This document shows positions 36,280 through 49,640 of a stretch of DNA of 64,000 nucleotides, piece by piece. Each line of letters starts with the position of its first letter. Position 1 is the stretch's first letter. Source of the DNA: Felis catus. Taxonomy: Eukaryota. The position numbers and the translations under genes were made by a program. The stretch lies in the NCBI RefSeq assembly GCF_018350175.1, contig NC_058368.1, positions 193,628,001 to 193,692,000 on the forward strand. Reading direction: 5' to 3'. Below the pieces are notes generated by a model. That model had not been told where the DNA came from and made no database searches. It saw only the letters and a list, made by a program, of their open reading frames with translations.

Positions 36280-36740
36280 TTTCTGTTTATTTACACAAAT
36301 AATACATTATCCTACAGTACATTGTCAGGGGGTAAAAAGAAGGATAAGAGCATGCAAAATCAATGTTAAATCACCAGAAATCACCATGGAGAGAATTTGT
36401 GTATATCCTTCCAAGCTTTTTTCTGTGCAAATACGTGCATATGCAATTATTTTTATGCCCACCCTGCTTTTACTTGTTATTTGTCATCTTTTCATGTCAG
36501 TAATCATGGTTCTGCATCATTTTCTATTGGATGTGTATTATTTCTTACACAGCCGGGCATGAATATCCTTGTGCTTAAAGCTTTGCACACACGTCTCATT
36601 AGTTCCTTAGGATATACATTTGAGAAGCGGAATTGCAGGGTCAAAAGGAATTTTGACTTTTCCAAGACTTTTGAAACACATAGCCTAATGATCAAGTCAT
36701 ACGAATTTACACCCCTACCGGCAGTGTATGGGAATGCTGT
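36280..36740 (-). mobile_element. L1ME-type 3' fragment
   Basis: 'atgaatatccttgtgc...gttccttaggatatacatt...ggaattgcagggtcaaa...aatttacacccctaccggcagtgtatg'. Confidence 0.7.
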
Positions 36741-36889
36741 GGCTACCTGATTTAACATCCCATTGGGCACTTCTAGTCTAATTCAATGAAAAAAGAAGTT
36801 AGCATTTTCAGTGTTCCTGACATTAGATGTACCCTGAAGGCCGACAGAGCCTTGCGATGCACTTTGGAAAGGGTTTCTCCAGGTCAAAG

Positions 36890-37381
36890 AATCTTTTCCA
36901 TGGATCCCAAAAGAGTCCTCAGAATTCTAGGTCCTCATGAACATGGGTGGCAAAAACACTGCAGCTTTATTTTCACTAAGCCCTATTGTAAATGAGATTT
37001 CCTTCATTGCAAATATACACAACAGACCATAATAGTATTGGCAGCACCTGAGACTTTGTCACCAATAGAAACCATAGATATTTTTCATATCTTATTGTAG
37101 TTACTATATCTCAATATTTTTTCTCCTTGCTACTTTGAAATTATGGTACTTATAGACATCCTGCCATATCTTGTCATTTAATGCATCAGCGTAGGAGCAC
37201 ATATATTCCTATTTTCAAATGTATCGTCCTTAATATTTTAAATCTATTTTTCAATATATCTGATTTCCAGTGTAATCATATGCATTTTAATTTTGGTCTT
37301 AAAAACATTCTGAGAATGAGCCCATAGACTTCATTATCTTGCCACAGGGATCCACGACACAGGAATAGTTTAAGGACACGG
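36890..37381 (+). mobile_element. MER113-like hAT-Charlie element
   Basis: 'tttattttcactaa...actttgtcaccaatagaaaccatagatatttttcatatc...ggatccacgacacagg...ttaaggacacg'. Confidence 0.75.
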
Positions 37382-37654
37382 ACAGGTGAATGGGGTTGGT
37401 GTTGGTTAGCTTGGAGACATGGACTACAGCCACATCTAGGGCTGTCTGGATGGAGCTGGGATAGATAATTCGCTTGGACTCAGTAGGTAATTCTGCTAGA
37501 GACCAGCAGAACCAGCAGACAAGAGTCAGAGAAGGACTGCAAAGCTGCAGGAAGGAGTCTGGTGAGCCTCTAGGCAGGTTGATCCAGAAGCGAAATTCTG
37601 TCAGCAAATGTCTTTTGGTTGGCTTCCATACATTATTTTTTAATATGAATTTGA

Positions 37655-37832
37655 GGGGGTGCATGGGTGGCTCAGGTGTTTAAGCATCTGACTCTTGATT
37701 TCAGCTCACGGGGTTCGTGAGTTTGAGCCCTGCGTGGGCTTCTGTGCTGACAGCGGGCAGCCTGCTTGGGACTATCTCCCTCTCTCTCTGCTCCCTCTCT
37801 CTCTCTCTCTTTCTCTCAAAAATAAACTTTCA
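37655..37832 (+). mobile_element. Can-SINE (first of tandem pair)
   Basis: Head gggggtgcatgggtggctcagg; bounded by tatgaatttga repeats. Confidence 0.93.
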
Positions 37833-37848
37833 AAAAGTATGAATTTGA

Positions 37849-38067
37849 GGGGCATCTGGGTGGCTCAGTTGGTTGAGTGTCCAACTTTGGCTCAGGTCAT
37901 GATCTCACAGTTTGTGGGTTCGAGCCCCGCATCAGGCTCTGTGCTGACAGCTCAGAGCCTGGAGCCTGCTTCAGATTCTGTGTCATCTTCTCTCTCTGCC
38001 CCTCCCCCTCTCATGCTTTGTCTCACTCTGTTTCTCAAAACTAAATAAATGTAAGAAAAAAAAATTT
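37849..38067 (+). mobile_element. Can-SINE (second of tandem pair)
   Basis: TSD aaaaagtatgaatttga / aaaaaggatgaatttga. Confidence 0.95.
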
Positions 38068-39108
38068 AAAAAGGATGAATTTGAATACCATCAAATAGGG
38101 ACAGTACTCTCTATTTCTTCACGGTGCCTAATACTTCCTTTCATTTTCTGAGTCTCCTTCATTCATTTTTGCAATGCCATGCTCCTTTAAGCATTTGAGG
38201 GTTGTAACTTTGAGGAAATTGGTAAGATAATTTGTTGGAAAATTCAGTGAGCGTCACTACGGTGAGGGGCCTGTGTACTTGTTGTGGCCCCTACCGGATT
38301 AAAAGTTCCATGAGGAGAGTAATTCTGCCTGTACTGTAAATTTTTGTGGCACCAGAGTCTTGCACACCAAAAGCACTCCATACATGTTTGTCAACAGCCT
38401 AGAGGGCCCAGGCCAAATCTGCCATCTCCACAATGACAGGAATACCCAGTGCCTGGAATACTGAGGTCTCCGCCATAGGAGGAAGGGCAAGGACCCCAGA
38501 GTCCCGGAAAAGGGTCAAAACCGAGCCTTCTGTGCCAGAAAATGAAAAGGCTGAGTGGGAAAGTTTTAGGTCAAAGTCGTTTAAGGAAAGAAACCAATGT
38601 AAAGCAGAATCAACCACACATCTGTCTTACTTCTGTGTCTTTATTTCCCCACTTGAAAATATTGGTCCCAGAGCCTGGGGCAAGATTGAGCTTGCCAGTG
38701 GGGCTAAGAGCAGAGATCAATGAACCAGGTAGCAGTTATGGTGCCATTCAGAGAGACATTGCCTGGCTAGTGTCTGCCATGTTGAAGCACGGTGTAACTA
38801 TTTGTATCTGCTGAAGAAAGGAATAAGCTGGGTTACACAGTGTCTTGCCACTGTTTCTTTATGTGGTCTTCTGCTTTATCTGGGATCGCACAAATCAAAT
38901 GTCCACAGAGACTAGTCAGAGCACGTGGTGTTGACTATGACAAATGGTCCTTGCTTGGTCTGAAAGGGGGCAGCAACCACTTCTCGCCAATAGATGTCAT
39001 GAGGATATATGGGTCTAGAAAAAAACATCAACAACAACAACAACAACAACCTGATTTTTCACAATAAAATGTAATTTTTTAAAAATGTTAAATCTCCCTA
39101 CTTTAAAA

Positions 39109-39306
39109 AAAATAATTTATTTTTGAGAGAGAGACAGGTGAGCAGGGGGAGAGCAGAGAGAGAGGAAGAGAGAAGGAATCCCAAGCAGGCTCTGCACTGT
39201 CAGCACAGAGCCTGATGTGGGGCTCAAACTCATGGAGCCGGGACATCAGGACCTGAGCTGAAACCAAGAGTCCGATGCTTAACTGACTGAGCCACCCAGG
39301 TGCCCG
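39109..39306 (-). mobile_element. Can-SINE (SINEC)
   Basis: 20-bp direct repeat taaatctccctactttaaaa (39089-39108 / 39307-39326). Confidence 0.95.
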
Positions 39307-39466
39307 TAAATCTCCCTACTTTAAAATGCTGATAGATAATTTGATTAAGAAAAAAAAAGAAGCAAAAAAAAATGTATACACAGAAACCATCATTGGCCGA
39401 AAAACTGACTTCAATACATTGTATATACATATTCACAGCCATCACATTTTGATATTTGCCCAAATA

Positions 39467-39770
39467 TAGGGTGAGGTGAGTAAGGCATTCCCTTTGGGTG
39501 TAAAATTTAAAGTGGTACCAAAAAACTCAGCAATCAAGATGAATGGTATTCTAAAATAATGTGTTCAAAAAAGGCTCATGCTAAGCCATATTCTAAAGCC
39601 TGAGCACAAAGGATAAATCAGTAGTATTGATCCTGTCTTCATTTAAAACTAATTTTTTGTTTACCATGGAGTATTGGCATTACTTTCAATTTAAAAAAAT
39701 ATTGCATTAAAATGTTATTTATCTTCATTGCTGAGGTTTTAAAATTTTTAGCCAAGTGCCATACCCGTCT
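39467..39770 (+). mobile_element. MER96B-like hAT-Tip100 MITE
   Basis: 'tagggtgaggtgagtaaggca...aaaatttaaa...ccaaaaaactcagcaatcaagat'. Confidence 0.7.
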
Positions 39771-40169
39771 CCCCTTTTCCATTCATATCCTACCCCTAAA
39801 AAATAAGATGTTTGGGGCAGATCAGTGGTTCTTAAAGCTCTGTAAACCTAAATGACCTGGGAACTTTATCACATGACAAGTTCCTGTGTCTGGCTCCTAG
39901 AGAGTCTGGGTCCTTAGGCCTGAGTAGTTCTGGGGAAACTTATTTATCCAAAGGGACCCCTGATAATTGGTTCTGTTTGGAAATCACAGAGGTAGAGGAT
40001 TTTTAGGCCCCTTCTAGTTCTAATACCACAAGATTTTACCTTATGTGCTTTTACTGCAAATACCCCTGGGATTAGGGTCAGTTAAATCAGTGACATTTTT
40101 ATGTGCATTAATTTAGCAGCTTGTTTTTCTTTGGAGGGAAAGGACCCTGGATCTTAGGACCTGGACCTG

Positions 40170-40700
40170 GGGCAGGGAGCCGATGGGAAGACGCGAGTGC
40201 TCAAAAAGACGCTGTCCCTTCGAAAAGGTTTCACTGAATCTAGGGGACCAGGAAAGCCCCCTTGGTTCAACTATGAACAACAGGAAATTGCTTTTAATCA
40301 ATCTCAAAGTAACTGAAAGTGAATGCCAGAGCATCCTCTCTTTGAAGAGATGTCAGGAACACTTTCAATCTTTTATCTTCCCGAAAACAGCGGGGGGTGG
40401 GCGGGGGAACGCCACTGGAATGAGCCCTGTAATTTCTACTCAGTAATTATACCTGTCACCACTTCCGACAGAGCAGATATAAATAGCCAGTTATCTTACT
40501 TTTTTCTGCTTTTCTTTGTATTTGTCTTTCTCCAGCACAGACTCGGGTGGCTGATGCTAACTAATATCCATACACGACACAAAGCATTCACAGAAAGTGC
40601 GCTGCTAGACATTAGACCGGTGTTCCAACAGCCACATGCCATGGGTTGGGAGAATCTCATTTGCCCACAGAACGCTGGTCTCGAAGATTTATGACAGGTG
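40170..40700. promoter_or_regulatory. Candidate promoter/enhancer (unique, locally CpG-rich, motif cluster)
   Basis: kB-type ggaaagcccc 40251-40260; gaaagtgaa 40315-40323; GC box gggcgggg 40399-40406; ETS cacttccg 40460-40467; tataaata 40478-40485; MYB-type taactg 40310-40315 and cagtta 40488-40493. Confidence 0.4.
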
Positions 40701-42139
40701 ACAGGGAGAGACAGGCAGCAAAAGAAGGGGTTTTGCTTTCCAGTTCTATTTTCATTTCACTCCCACTAGGGATGCACACGTGCACGCAAGCCTGCTGTGC
40801 TGTGTGTGTTAATACACCCACGTACCTGGTCTCCTCTGTGCCCAGTGACTCACTGGGAGGAAGTCAGGGCTTCTGGGAGGCTCATTAACCCTTCTGCGTC
40901 TCGGAAAAGCTGTAACAGGATGTCGCTGTCCTCAGGACTGCACACAACAGAAATATGCCAAGAAGTGTTCCTTATGTTGATGGTTATTACTTTTGCTGGT
41001 AATAACACCGTTTCACAGTTGTATAGGGCTTTTATTTGTTCTCCAAAGGGATTTGACATCAATTATTTTGGAACCTTCCCACAAGAATAAATGTGTTACA
41101 AGGGAAAGGAGGTGGATGTTGAAGTCAGACATTCCAGCATTGAAATTTCTGCTTTTCTACTTGCTTCCTGTATGAACCTTGGGTGAAATAATGTTTCTGA
41201 CTCTTACTCTTCAAATCTACAAAATGGGCAGAGTAATAATGCTCCACCTTAGGGAATTTCTCTTGGTGAATTCTATCAGGTAACATTGTACATATTTCTA
41301 CTATTATCTGTCAAGTTATTTCTGACTCACCCAGAGGGCTTGTGAAAACTCACTCATGGGCACATTCCCATTAATTTTTGATATGGTAAATCCAGGGTGA
41401 GGCCTGAGAATTTGCACTTTTCTAATTAGTTCCCAGATGCTGCTGAGGCTGTGAAGACCACGCTGTGAAAATCTGGGATTGGCAATCCCTCAATGCATGT
41501 TAGGTTTTCTTGTTTTATGCCTTCAGTACAAATTAACTGTTAAACACTCTCCCTGTTTCATGCAATGCACTTGATACAAAGAAGAATAAGACAGATATGT
41601 CTCTTCTTTTATAAAACATACTCTAATGGAGAAGACAAACTTCTCTGCCCCCGGCCCCCAACCTCAACTTAAAAAAAAAAACAAACAACAAAGGCATATT
41701 CCAGGAATTTAGAGCAAGGCAGTAAGGGTTGAGTGACAGGAGAGGCAGGAGAAATGCAGACACTCACCATAGCAATGGTCTCGTTTGTAAACTGTGTGAA
41801 TTATACTCACATGACTATCCAGAGATGAATGTTTTGTGGGGTCTTCAGCTTATATATTTGGGGGATTCATTTTATGAAAATAGGTACAGAATTATGAGCA
41901 GGAGATTAGGGATGGAGCTATGGAATGGGACCATACAAGAGAGGGGACTTGAAACCTTAATTAGCTCCATTAGATTCTTGCACATCCTCGTCTATGCACA
42001 TCCTAAAATGGATGTACAACTGGGATCCCTAGTATCAGGGAGTCTCTGCATAACTCCAAGTTTGATCTGAAGTACCTGCTCTATAGCTAAGAGCACCTGA
42101 AAAGAATCAGAGAAATGATGCGGGAAACCAAGGGAAAGG

Positions 42140-42312
42140 GGACCTTGGTTGTTACAAGGGGGCAGGTGCTACTGGCATCTAATGGGTGGAGATCAGAGAT
42201 GCTGTCAAACACCTTACAACACATAGGACAACCCCCCCCCCCCCCACCAATCCTCCCGCTACAAAGACTTATCCCACCCTAAATGTCAGTAGTGCTGAAG
42301 TTGAGAAACCTG
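42140..42312 (+). mobile_element. MER20, 3' part
   Basis: 'ggtgctactggcatctaatgggtggagatcagagatgctg...aaatgtcagtagtgctgaagttgagaaacctg'. Confidence 0.85.
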
Positions 42313-42359
42313 TCATAGGGCAGGGATGCCCTCCAGGTAGGAGACCCAAGTAGGAGATG

Positions 42360-42780
42360 ACTGAGGCTCTACTAATTTTGAGTAGCACATCTCTCCTTTC
42401 CCCTTCTACATGGCCCTTGGCTCCTCTCAGCCCTCTCTGGAACTTTACTGCAGGCTCTTCTGTGGCTGGACCCTCACTGTGCTCAGGTCTCTTCCTAGGG
42501 GGTCCCCTTCTTGGATGCTTTCCCTCACCACCCACCAATCTAAACTTGCCTCTCCTGTTTCTGTACCTCCTAATCACTTTCCCTGCTTTCTTTTCCTTCT
42601 AAGCCTTTACAACCTGGCATAGCATATTATTTGATTATTTAGTGTTCATGTCCCTCTTTTAAATGTTAGTCTCATCAAGGTAAGGACTTTGTCTCATTCA
42701 TTTCTCCAATCTGGGAACCTTGTAGGATTGTTGGCACACACTGGGTGTTTAGTATATTATCTACTGAATGGATGGAGAAA
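42360..42780 (+). mobile_element. L2 3' fragment
   Basis: 'agggtaaggactttgtctc'-like end and 'actgaatggatgg'. Confidence 0.65.
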
Positions 42781-43539
42781 AAAAGTTTTATTGATGTGCC
42801 AGGGCTGTTGAGTAAGTGCTTAGGGATACAGTGTATTGTTATTAACATTGTAATCAGGATTACTGTGTCCTACTTAGACTGCAATGTGATACTGACCAGC
42901 GGATTCTCATTATCTCAGCCTTGGGAAAGGCGCTGATACTCCCTCCCTGAGCCCTGTGGCTTGGCACCAGCCTTGCATTTTTCAGTGCCTGCTTTGAGAA
43001 TGAAGCTGACAGGCTCTGAAGGGACTGCCATCTATCACTCAGTCCTTCCATCATCCGCTCTGCAAATGACAACCTCTGACAGGAAAGTAGGGGGAGCTGA
43101 TTCAGAATTAATGCCCTGCATCTGGAGAGAGGCATGTTAAGACAGCAAATATTCTGAGAGCAAATCCAGACTGTCAGATCAAGGACAGAGAAGCAAGCCC
43201 AGATGCCCTGGCTGAGCTTGACTTTGCACCTGGATAAGGCACTCAAGTAAACGCAACTTGGATTTTTTTGTCTATTTGTTTTTTTTTAATTGGTAGAAGG
43301 GACAGATAACCCTGGGAATGGAAAATTGCCCAGATGGCCTATTTAGACATGATGCTGAGCAATGTGTGAAATGAACAAAGAAAGGAATCAATGTCATTTA
43401 TTCAGCATTTACCGAGGGCTTGTCATTTACCAGGTCCTGTAAAGGAAGTCTTGTTGTCATTTCCAGCAATGAGGAAAATGCAGCCCAGAGAAACGTGATA
43501 ACTTGCCCAAGGGAAATCAACCAGTAAGGGGCTATTCCT

Positions 43540-43960
43540 CAGACACTGAAGTTCATTCCTCCTTCAAAACCTTTGCACATGCTGTTCCTTCTGTTTGATC
43601 CCCTCTTCCTTCAAGTCTTTGTGTGACTGGCTGCTTCTGTTGTGAAAGAGTCAGCTCAGCGGTCACCTCCTCTTGGAGACCCTGCTTGATCACATTATTC
43701 AAGGTCACCTTGCCCTTTATTCTGTCACATGACTTTGCTTTAGTCTTTCTGTCACTATTTGAAATGACCTAATATAATCTTATCTAAGTATCATCCATCC
43801 ATCCATCCATCCATCCATCCATCCATCCATCCTTTGTCTTCCCCAAATAGAGTGTAGCCTCCCCTAAAGCAGGGCCTTCTCAGTTTTGTTCACAGTTTCC
43901 AGCACTCAGACCAGGACCAGCACATAGGAGTTGTGTAAATATTTACTGAATGAAGAAATT
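43540..43960 (+). mobile_element. L2a fragment containing (TCCA)n at 43791-43832
   Basis: 'cctttgcacatgctgttccttctg...tcagctcagcggtcacctcctc...aaatatttactgaatga'. Confidence 0.8.
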
Positions 43961-44749
43961 GGTGGTGAAGGGCCCCCAACCAGCTATGTCTGACACTGAA
44001 CCCTACATTCCTTAGCACTAATTGTCCAGTCTCCTGAAGAGCTTGGTTAATGCCCTGATCCAGTATGAACTGAACTGACCTTACAGTAGGCACTTTATCC
44101 TGGCTTCGGTTTGACCTTCTTCACTCTTCCAGACTCAGACGGTAGTTCCAAGATGCCAGCAAGTTAATGCTTCAGAATTTTATTTTCGCTAAATATCAAA
44201 CACTGTACGTTGTAAGACATTAAAGTATTACCTGCAAAATAGTGTGTAGGGCTTAGATAGTTATGAGTTGCAATTCTGATTTCACTGTTTACCAATGTGA
44301 TTTTTGGAAACTTTCTGAACTGCTTTGATATTAGGTGTCTCATCTGTGAGAGATAAGGATGCTTTAAAAGGTGGTTGTGGAGATTATTTGATGTGCCATA
44401 TAAGAGATACAGAGAAATTCCTTGGACCTGAGAAACATTTAACAAATGCAAATTGCTTTCTTGCTTTAATAGAATCAAGCAATAATGGCTTGGTCAGTGT
44501 CAGAGCCCTGAGGACTCACTGAAGTGTATGTATATCCAAAGGCTAATCCTTCTGCCTGGAGCAAACCGTGGTAGAAAAGATTGGGGGGAGGGAGATGGTT
44601 AAAAGAGTGTATTAGCAATACTATTAAGCATCTACTGTGTGCCCAGCCTTATAATGAATGAGACACAATCTCCAAATCTAATAAGGAGATAGGTGTGTAC
44701 ACAGTGTCTTCTTTTATTCTTTCATCTTTGTTACTATTTTTGTTTATTT

Positions 44750-44877
44750 TTTCCTCCCTTCCTCCTTCCTTCCTTCCCTCCCTCCCTCTCCACACTTCAC
44801 CCAGTCCTTTCTCCCCTCCCTCCCTTTCCCCCTTTCCTCCTTCCTTCCTTCCTTCCTTCCTTCCTTCCTTCCTTCCG
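44750..44877. repeat. CT-rich/(CCTT)n tract
   Basis: Seen directly. Confidence 0.9.
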
Positions 44878-45341
44878 CTGACCTGGAATATTTTCCCAGG
44901 AGATTTTTCCTATCACCCAACACGATCATTTAAAAATACCTCCACAGCACATTTTAATAACACCGAACTTTGAAACTTAGGACACCATGGTGAATTCTCA
45001 GAGAGAAACCAGTGAGATGTAATAAAGTAATCAAATGAATCGATCTGCTTTTGAAGTTGTTAGCAAGGAGCCAGCTCAGTGCTGTGAGGTGTTGGAGGGT
45101 GTCTGCCAAAAATGATTTTGGTTTCAAAGCAATTGTGATTTGGAGCCATTTATTTTTTGACAACAGTTCAATAGCAGGGCTACTGGTATATGGAGAACAT
45201 TCCAGGCACATGAAAATAAACCTTCATCAGGAATATTATAGGAAGATGCCCTTCTGTCTGTTCACTGTATCAGGACAACCTGCAGCTAGCTTATCCTTCA
45301 ACTAACTTAGAATGGTGTAAAGGCAGGAAAATACTGAATTA

Positions 45342-45372
<31 letters not shown>

Positions 45373-46928
45373 CAGATCTCTATTTTATCCCCACTTGAAC
45401 CATTATTTGATTCAACAAGAGATTTTTCTCTCCATGTGTCTTGCTTCTCTCAAGGGGATTAAGATGACCATCCTATATACATATAACTCACTGAGTGAAG
45501 AGGGAGGCTTTATGATGAGGTCTGATAGCTCAGTTTGGGAAATTTGATTTTAAAGGAGCCACTAAAAGGAGAAAGGGAATAGTTATGTGGACAAAACAAA
45601 GTCATCTCACCCAGCTAAAGACAGCCAGAAGGATAAAAAGGAGATTGAGGAGGAAATAATTATAAACACTGCAGAGAGCACCTGTACCATTGGTGCAGGG
45701 AGACTGGGTCAGAGGACCCAGATGGGGTCCTGCAGGACCAGCAAAGAGGGTCCTTGGCTTCAATGCAGGATGGAAATCAGATGTGAGCCAGCAGGAGTCA
45801 AAAGCAGAGTCTCTTGAAGAAATATAGAAAGAGATACAGACAAGCATCTGGGAGACTTGGAAAGGAGAAGGAGCACGAGTCTCATCTCTGTTTGGGGTCT
45901 GGGGGTTTTATTATTTACTTATTGTTTGCTTGTTTGTTTGTTTATTATGGACTGGAGCATGTGTCCTCCCAGGCATCCAGGAAGAACTGGTCAGAACAAG
46001 CACAGGATCCAGGTGTCTGTCATAAGTCACTCATTCCCTGAAGCCAGGGGTCTTGGAGCCAAGATGGCTAGCACCAGTGGTCTGGAATATGCACATGGTA
46101 GCTTCCTCTGGTGATTCTCACCTCATCCTTCCTTAGATGTTATCTATTTTAGAGAAGCCATTAACCCCTGTCCTTTACAAGGAGGACATATGCTACTTGC
46201 ATTACAAGGCATGTATAAAGTAGGGTGGGGGTGCAGATCCTAGCAAAAATAGAAGGAGGAAAAGGAGCAGAAAGCAGATTTTTATGGAGTCCTTCAGTTT
46301 CCCTGCCCCATCTTAATCATAAAGATTACCTAATTATGCTCAGGTATCATGGGAGCAAAAGAGATACACATGCCTACGTCACAGATGCCTCTTGATATCA
46401 GGAAAGGTATGGCCAAAGGGAAATTTATTTTCATGAGATGGGTTTGAGATCATTTTGCCCACCCCTGTGATTCCAAGTTACTGAATCAGTAGGATCCCAT
46501 AGTTCTGAAAGCACAGTTCTTTAGCATCATGATATCTCATGGCCCCTTGGCTCTTATACACTGAATGAAAGAAATAAATGCTATTGATGTTGTGTCTTGA
46601 GGATTTTTATGGAGTAACGGAAGTATAACCATACAAAATAGATAAATCGTGCTGAATCTAAAGCACAGGTACTGCTTATGAAGATGATTGACTAGAGAAA
46701 TACAAAATACAATGTATCAGTGAGGGACTCACTCATGCATTCTAGGTGAGATTTACTGTCAGCCAATTTACTTTCCAGGATTTAAGGTAGAATGAAAAAT
46801 GTGCCATCAATGGGTCCAAGTTGAGTTAAGGAGGCCAGAGTTGGGAATCGAGGGTAAAGTCATAAGGATCTTCCATAGGATGACCCTTGAAGGATGTGTA
46901 GGATTTCTACAAGCAGAAAAAAGGAGTA

Positions 46929-47085
46929 GTGATGTGTTGAAGCTGGCTCATGGCAGCAGAATGTGAACATCCCTTCCCAACTCTGCATTCAGTGACACAG
47001 AGTTGGTAACTGGAAATTGGCCATTGTGAGAGTATTTACACAATGGAAATTAGCAAACACACAAATCAGTACCAACACACCATTA
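46929..47085 (+). mobile_element. MER63A-like hAT MITE nested in a minus-strand L2 (~46850-47800)
   Basis: 'gtgatgtgttgaagctggctca...cttcccaactctgcattcagtgac...gagtatttacacaatggaaattagcaaac'. Confidence 0.75.
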
Positions 47086-47903
47086 AAAAGTAAATTATGG
47101 TGCTTTATGGTTATAGATGCCCCAAAGTATGAATGTACATTAGGCGAAGTCTGGTGACATAGGATATCTGGGGGAGAATAGTGCTGGATGAGGCTAGCAA
47201 GGAAGGATTGAGCCAGATTATGGGAGTCCTTGAATGTCAATTCAAGGAGGCTTGATTCTATGTTACAAGTATTCCATCCATCAAACAACGCTTTGTGATA
47301 GAATCCCATTTGTACCATGGGAAGATAATTCTAGAGATGGAGTCACAATTAGACTGAAAAAGTGGCAGTCCAATAGCAAGTAGCACAATAATAGTAGTAA
47401 GTAAGCAAGCATTAAGTAGCACAACAGAAATCTGATATAGGCCTGGGCAGGGTAGTAACAGTGATGTGGAAAGAATTGATAGAAATGGCATAGAGGAGAA
47501 ACAATTTAGAAAATCTGACAACAGACTAAATGGGAGTTGCTGGGGTAAGGTAGAAGGGTGTGCAATATCACTTTGGGGACTGAGAGTTGATGGAGTTATT
47601 TACAGAGAGGAAAGACAGGAAACAGTGTAAGCGAGTAGAAAGTAGTTCCCTCAGTTGTAGACATGCTGGGTATGAAGATATTTTCACCCTTAAGAAATTC
47701 CAGTCTAGATATCCAGATAGAGGTCAGAGATATAGATAAATAGACAATAATAAAGTCAAGAGAGTAGCATATAGAAACATAAGTGGATTGCACAGAGAAA
47801 GGTGACATGAGGGAGCTAATACAATATTCTAGTAATACTTTTCATTCACCCTTTCATTCACTTACTAATCCATGTGTTTAACAAGCATCCATTGTGTGTT
47901 TGG

Positions 47904-48031
47904 CAACCATACATCCTACCTTGTCTGGGACACACCCAGCTAATCTTTTTTGACACAGTATAATTATAAATAGCATTCATTTCTACTCTCAGAAGTGTCC
48001 CAGTTTGGATGATAAATCGTTTCCTTAACTA
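47904..48031. mobile_element. MER94-like hAT-Blackjack MITE
   Basis: 'caaccatacatcc...ctgggaca...ctctcagaagtgtcccagtttggatgataaat'. Confidence 0.65.
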
Positions 48032-48299
48032 TGTGCCACAAACAGTGCTGGCAGTAAAGAATTTAATGATTAGCTCACATAGACCGTTCTGTTAAGGAGC
48101 CCAACTAAATATTGTTCTTTGTGTTGTGGTTTGTGGAAGTAAAGTAAAAGTTATGTCTTCTTCTCTTATGTAATTTACCACCTAGAGGCGGGGATGTCAC
48201 TATCCACCTACACAGTAATTCAAGTACTAGAAGGAAGGGTACAAGTGAGTGCCAACACCACAGCATCAGTCAATAAGCACTAAAGAACTAGAGAAAGAG

Positions 48300-48910
48300 A
48301 TCCATCAGTGGACTGGATGTCTTCATTTTGCCCTCCAGATCTGTTTTCTGACTTTTCCACCTTCCTGTGTGCCCAGGAGCCTGAGATTCATGGACTGCAT
48401 CCGTGAACATTTTTGTTTTATGATTTTCAGTGGATTTGGCAAATGAAAGGAACCAATAGTAGATTCTAGCAGAGTGAGATTAGGATACTTATTCGAATCT
48501 CAGGGCCTCCTTCATGCCAAGTCATTGTAGATTGGCTGCATTCCTCCACTAAACCACTGCTTCATATTGGCATATTCTCTGGGTTCCAGTGACCACTCCT
48601 TCTCCTTATCCCTGAATGGGTAGAAAGCTCAGAGTTGTACTCAGCATTGAGCCTCAGTGGCCCTCACTTGCTTTTCCACACCTGGAGAGGAACCCAAACA
48701 AGGTATCAATGTAGTCATGTATTTTTGGATACCTTGTTAAAATAAGATCTTGTAGTCAGAATTTTGAAAGTTATCCTAAGATTGCATGTCCTAATCTTTG
48801 GGGCCTTAAACTTACTGTCAATGTGGTAGAAAGTACTTTATTAAATTCCCTTCAGCCTGCCCATTGGAGTGTACCATCTTTCTTCTACATGGTACCCCCA
48901 CCTGATACCC
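48300..48910 (+). mobile_element. ERVL LTR (LTR33/41-like)
   Basis: 'tttgccctccagatct...gtgcccaggagcctgag...atggactgcatc...tttattaaattcccttca...cctgatac'. Confidence 0.6.
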
Positions 48911-49059
48911 TCAGTGACGTCTTGAGTCACCTTACAAAATGGTTAGGCTCTCACAATGAAGAGGAGAAAGTGGGCCTCTCTGGGTAATAGAGTTGTAACA
49001 GCTAAGGAAAAGCCACCTTTCACCTGAGGGTGAAATTTAATACCCCTTAATTTTTAATA

Positions 49060-49640
49060 ACTTAAAAAAATTAATTTATGCTCAGTGGAGAAAGCTTGAA
49101 CATTTTAACAACAGTAGAATAATAATATAATAATTAGAATTACCTATCGATATTTAACTACATGATCTTTAAATATTTTTTCTGTATATAACTACATTTT
49201 AGATTTTGTTGTTCTCCATCTACTCTTTTCTAGCTTCCTTTTGTATTTAGCAATATAGAATGGCTTTCCCATGATTATTCTTTTCTACCTCAGTTTTAAC
49301 AAATTTTATTGTTTTGCTTACTGCAGAAATTAAACATCATGACCATTCTACACAGTGCAGAAACAGATAAGAATAAAGAAAAGGGAATCCAAACCATCCA
49401 GAACTGTCATCAGCATTATTATTAATGGTAGTCACTATTAACATTTTAATGCAACATATTTTTTGATGACTGTATTATATTTCATGAAATGGATGCACTG
49501 TAACTTAGTGAAAAAATCCAATACGTTGGATTATTAGGTTCTAGGTTCATTTCAGTTTTTTACAGTTACCGGAGATAAACATCTTTATTCATTTACTTTT
49601 GTATATAGATCTCTGATTACCTTCATGGGATAAATTCCAT
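49060..49640 (-). mobile_element. L1ME-type fragments
   Basis: 'atgactgtattatatttcatgaaatggatgcactgtaacttag...ttggattattaggtt...ataaacatcttt...gggataaattcc'. Confidence 0.6.

Noticed and set aside
40536..40697. Coding exon after the strong splice acceptor
   Set aside because: No convincing donor site (only ag|gtgaca) and no recognisable peptide; at most a non-coding exon.
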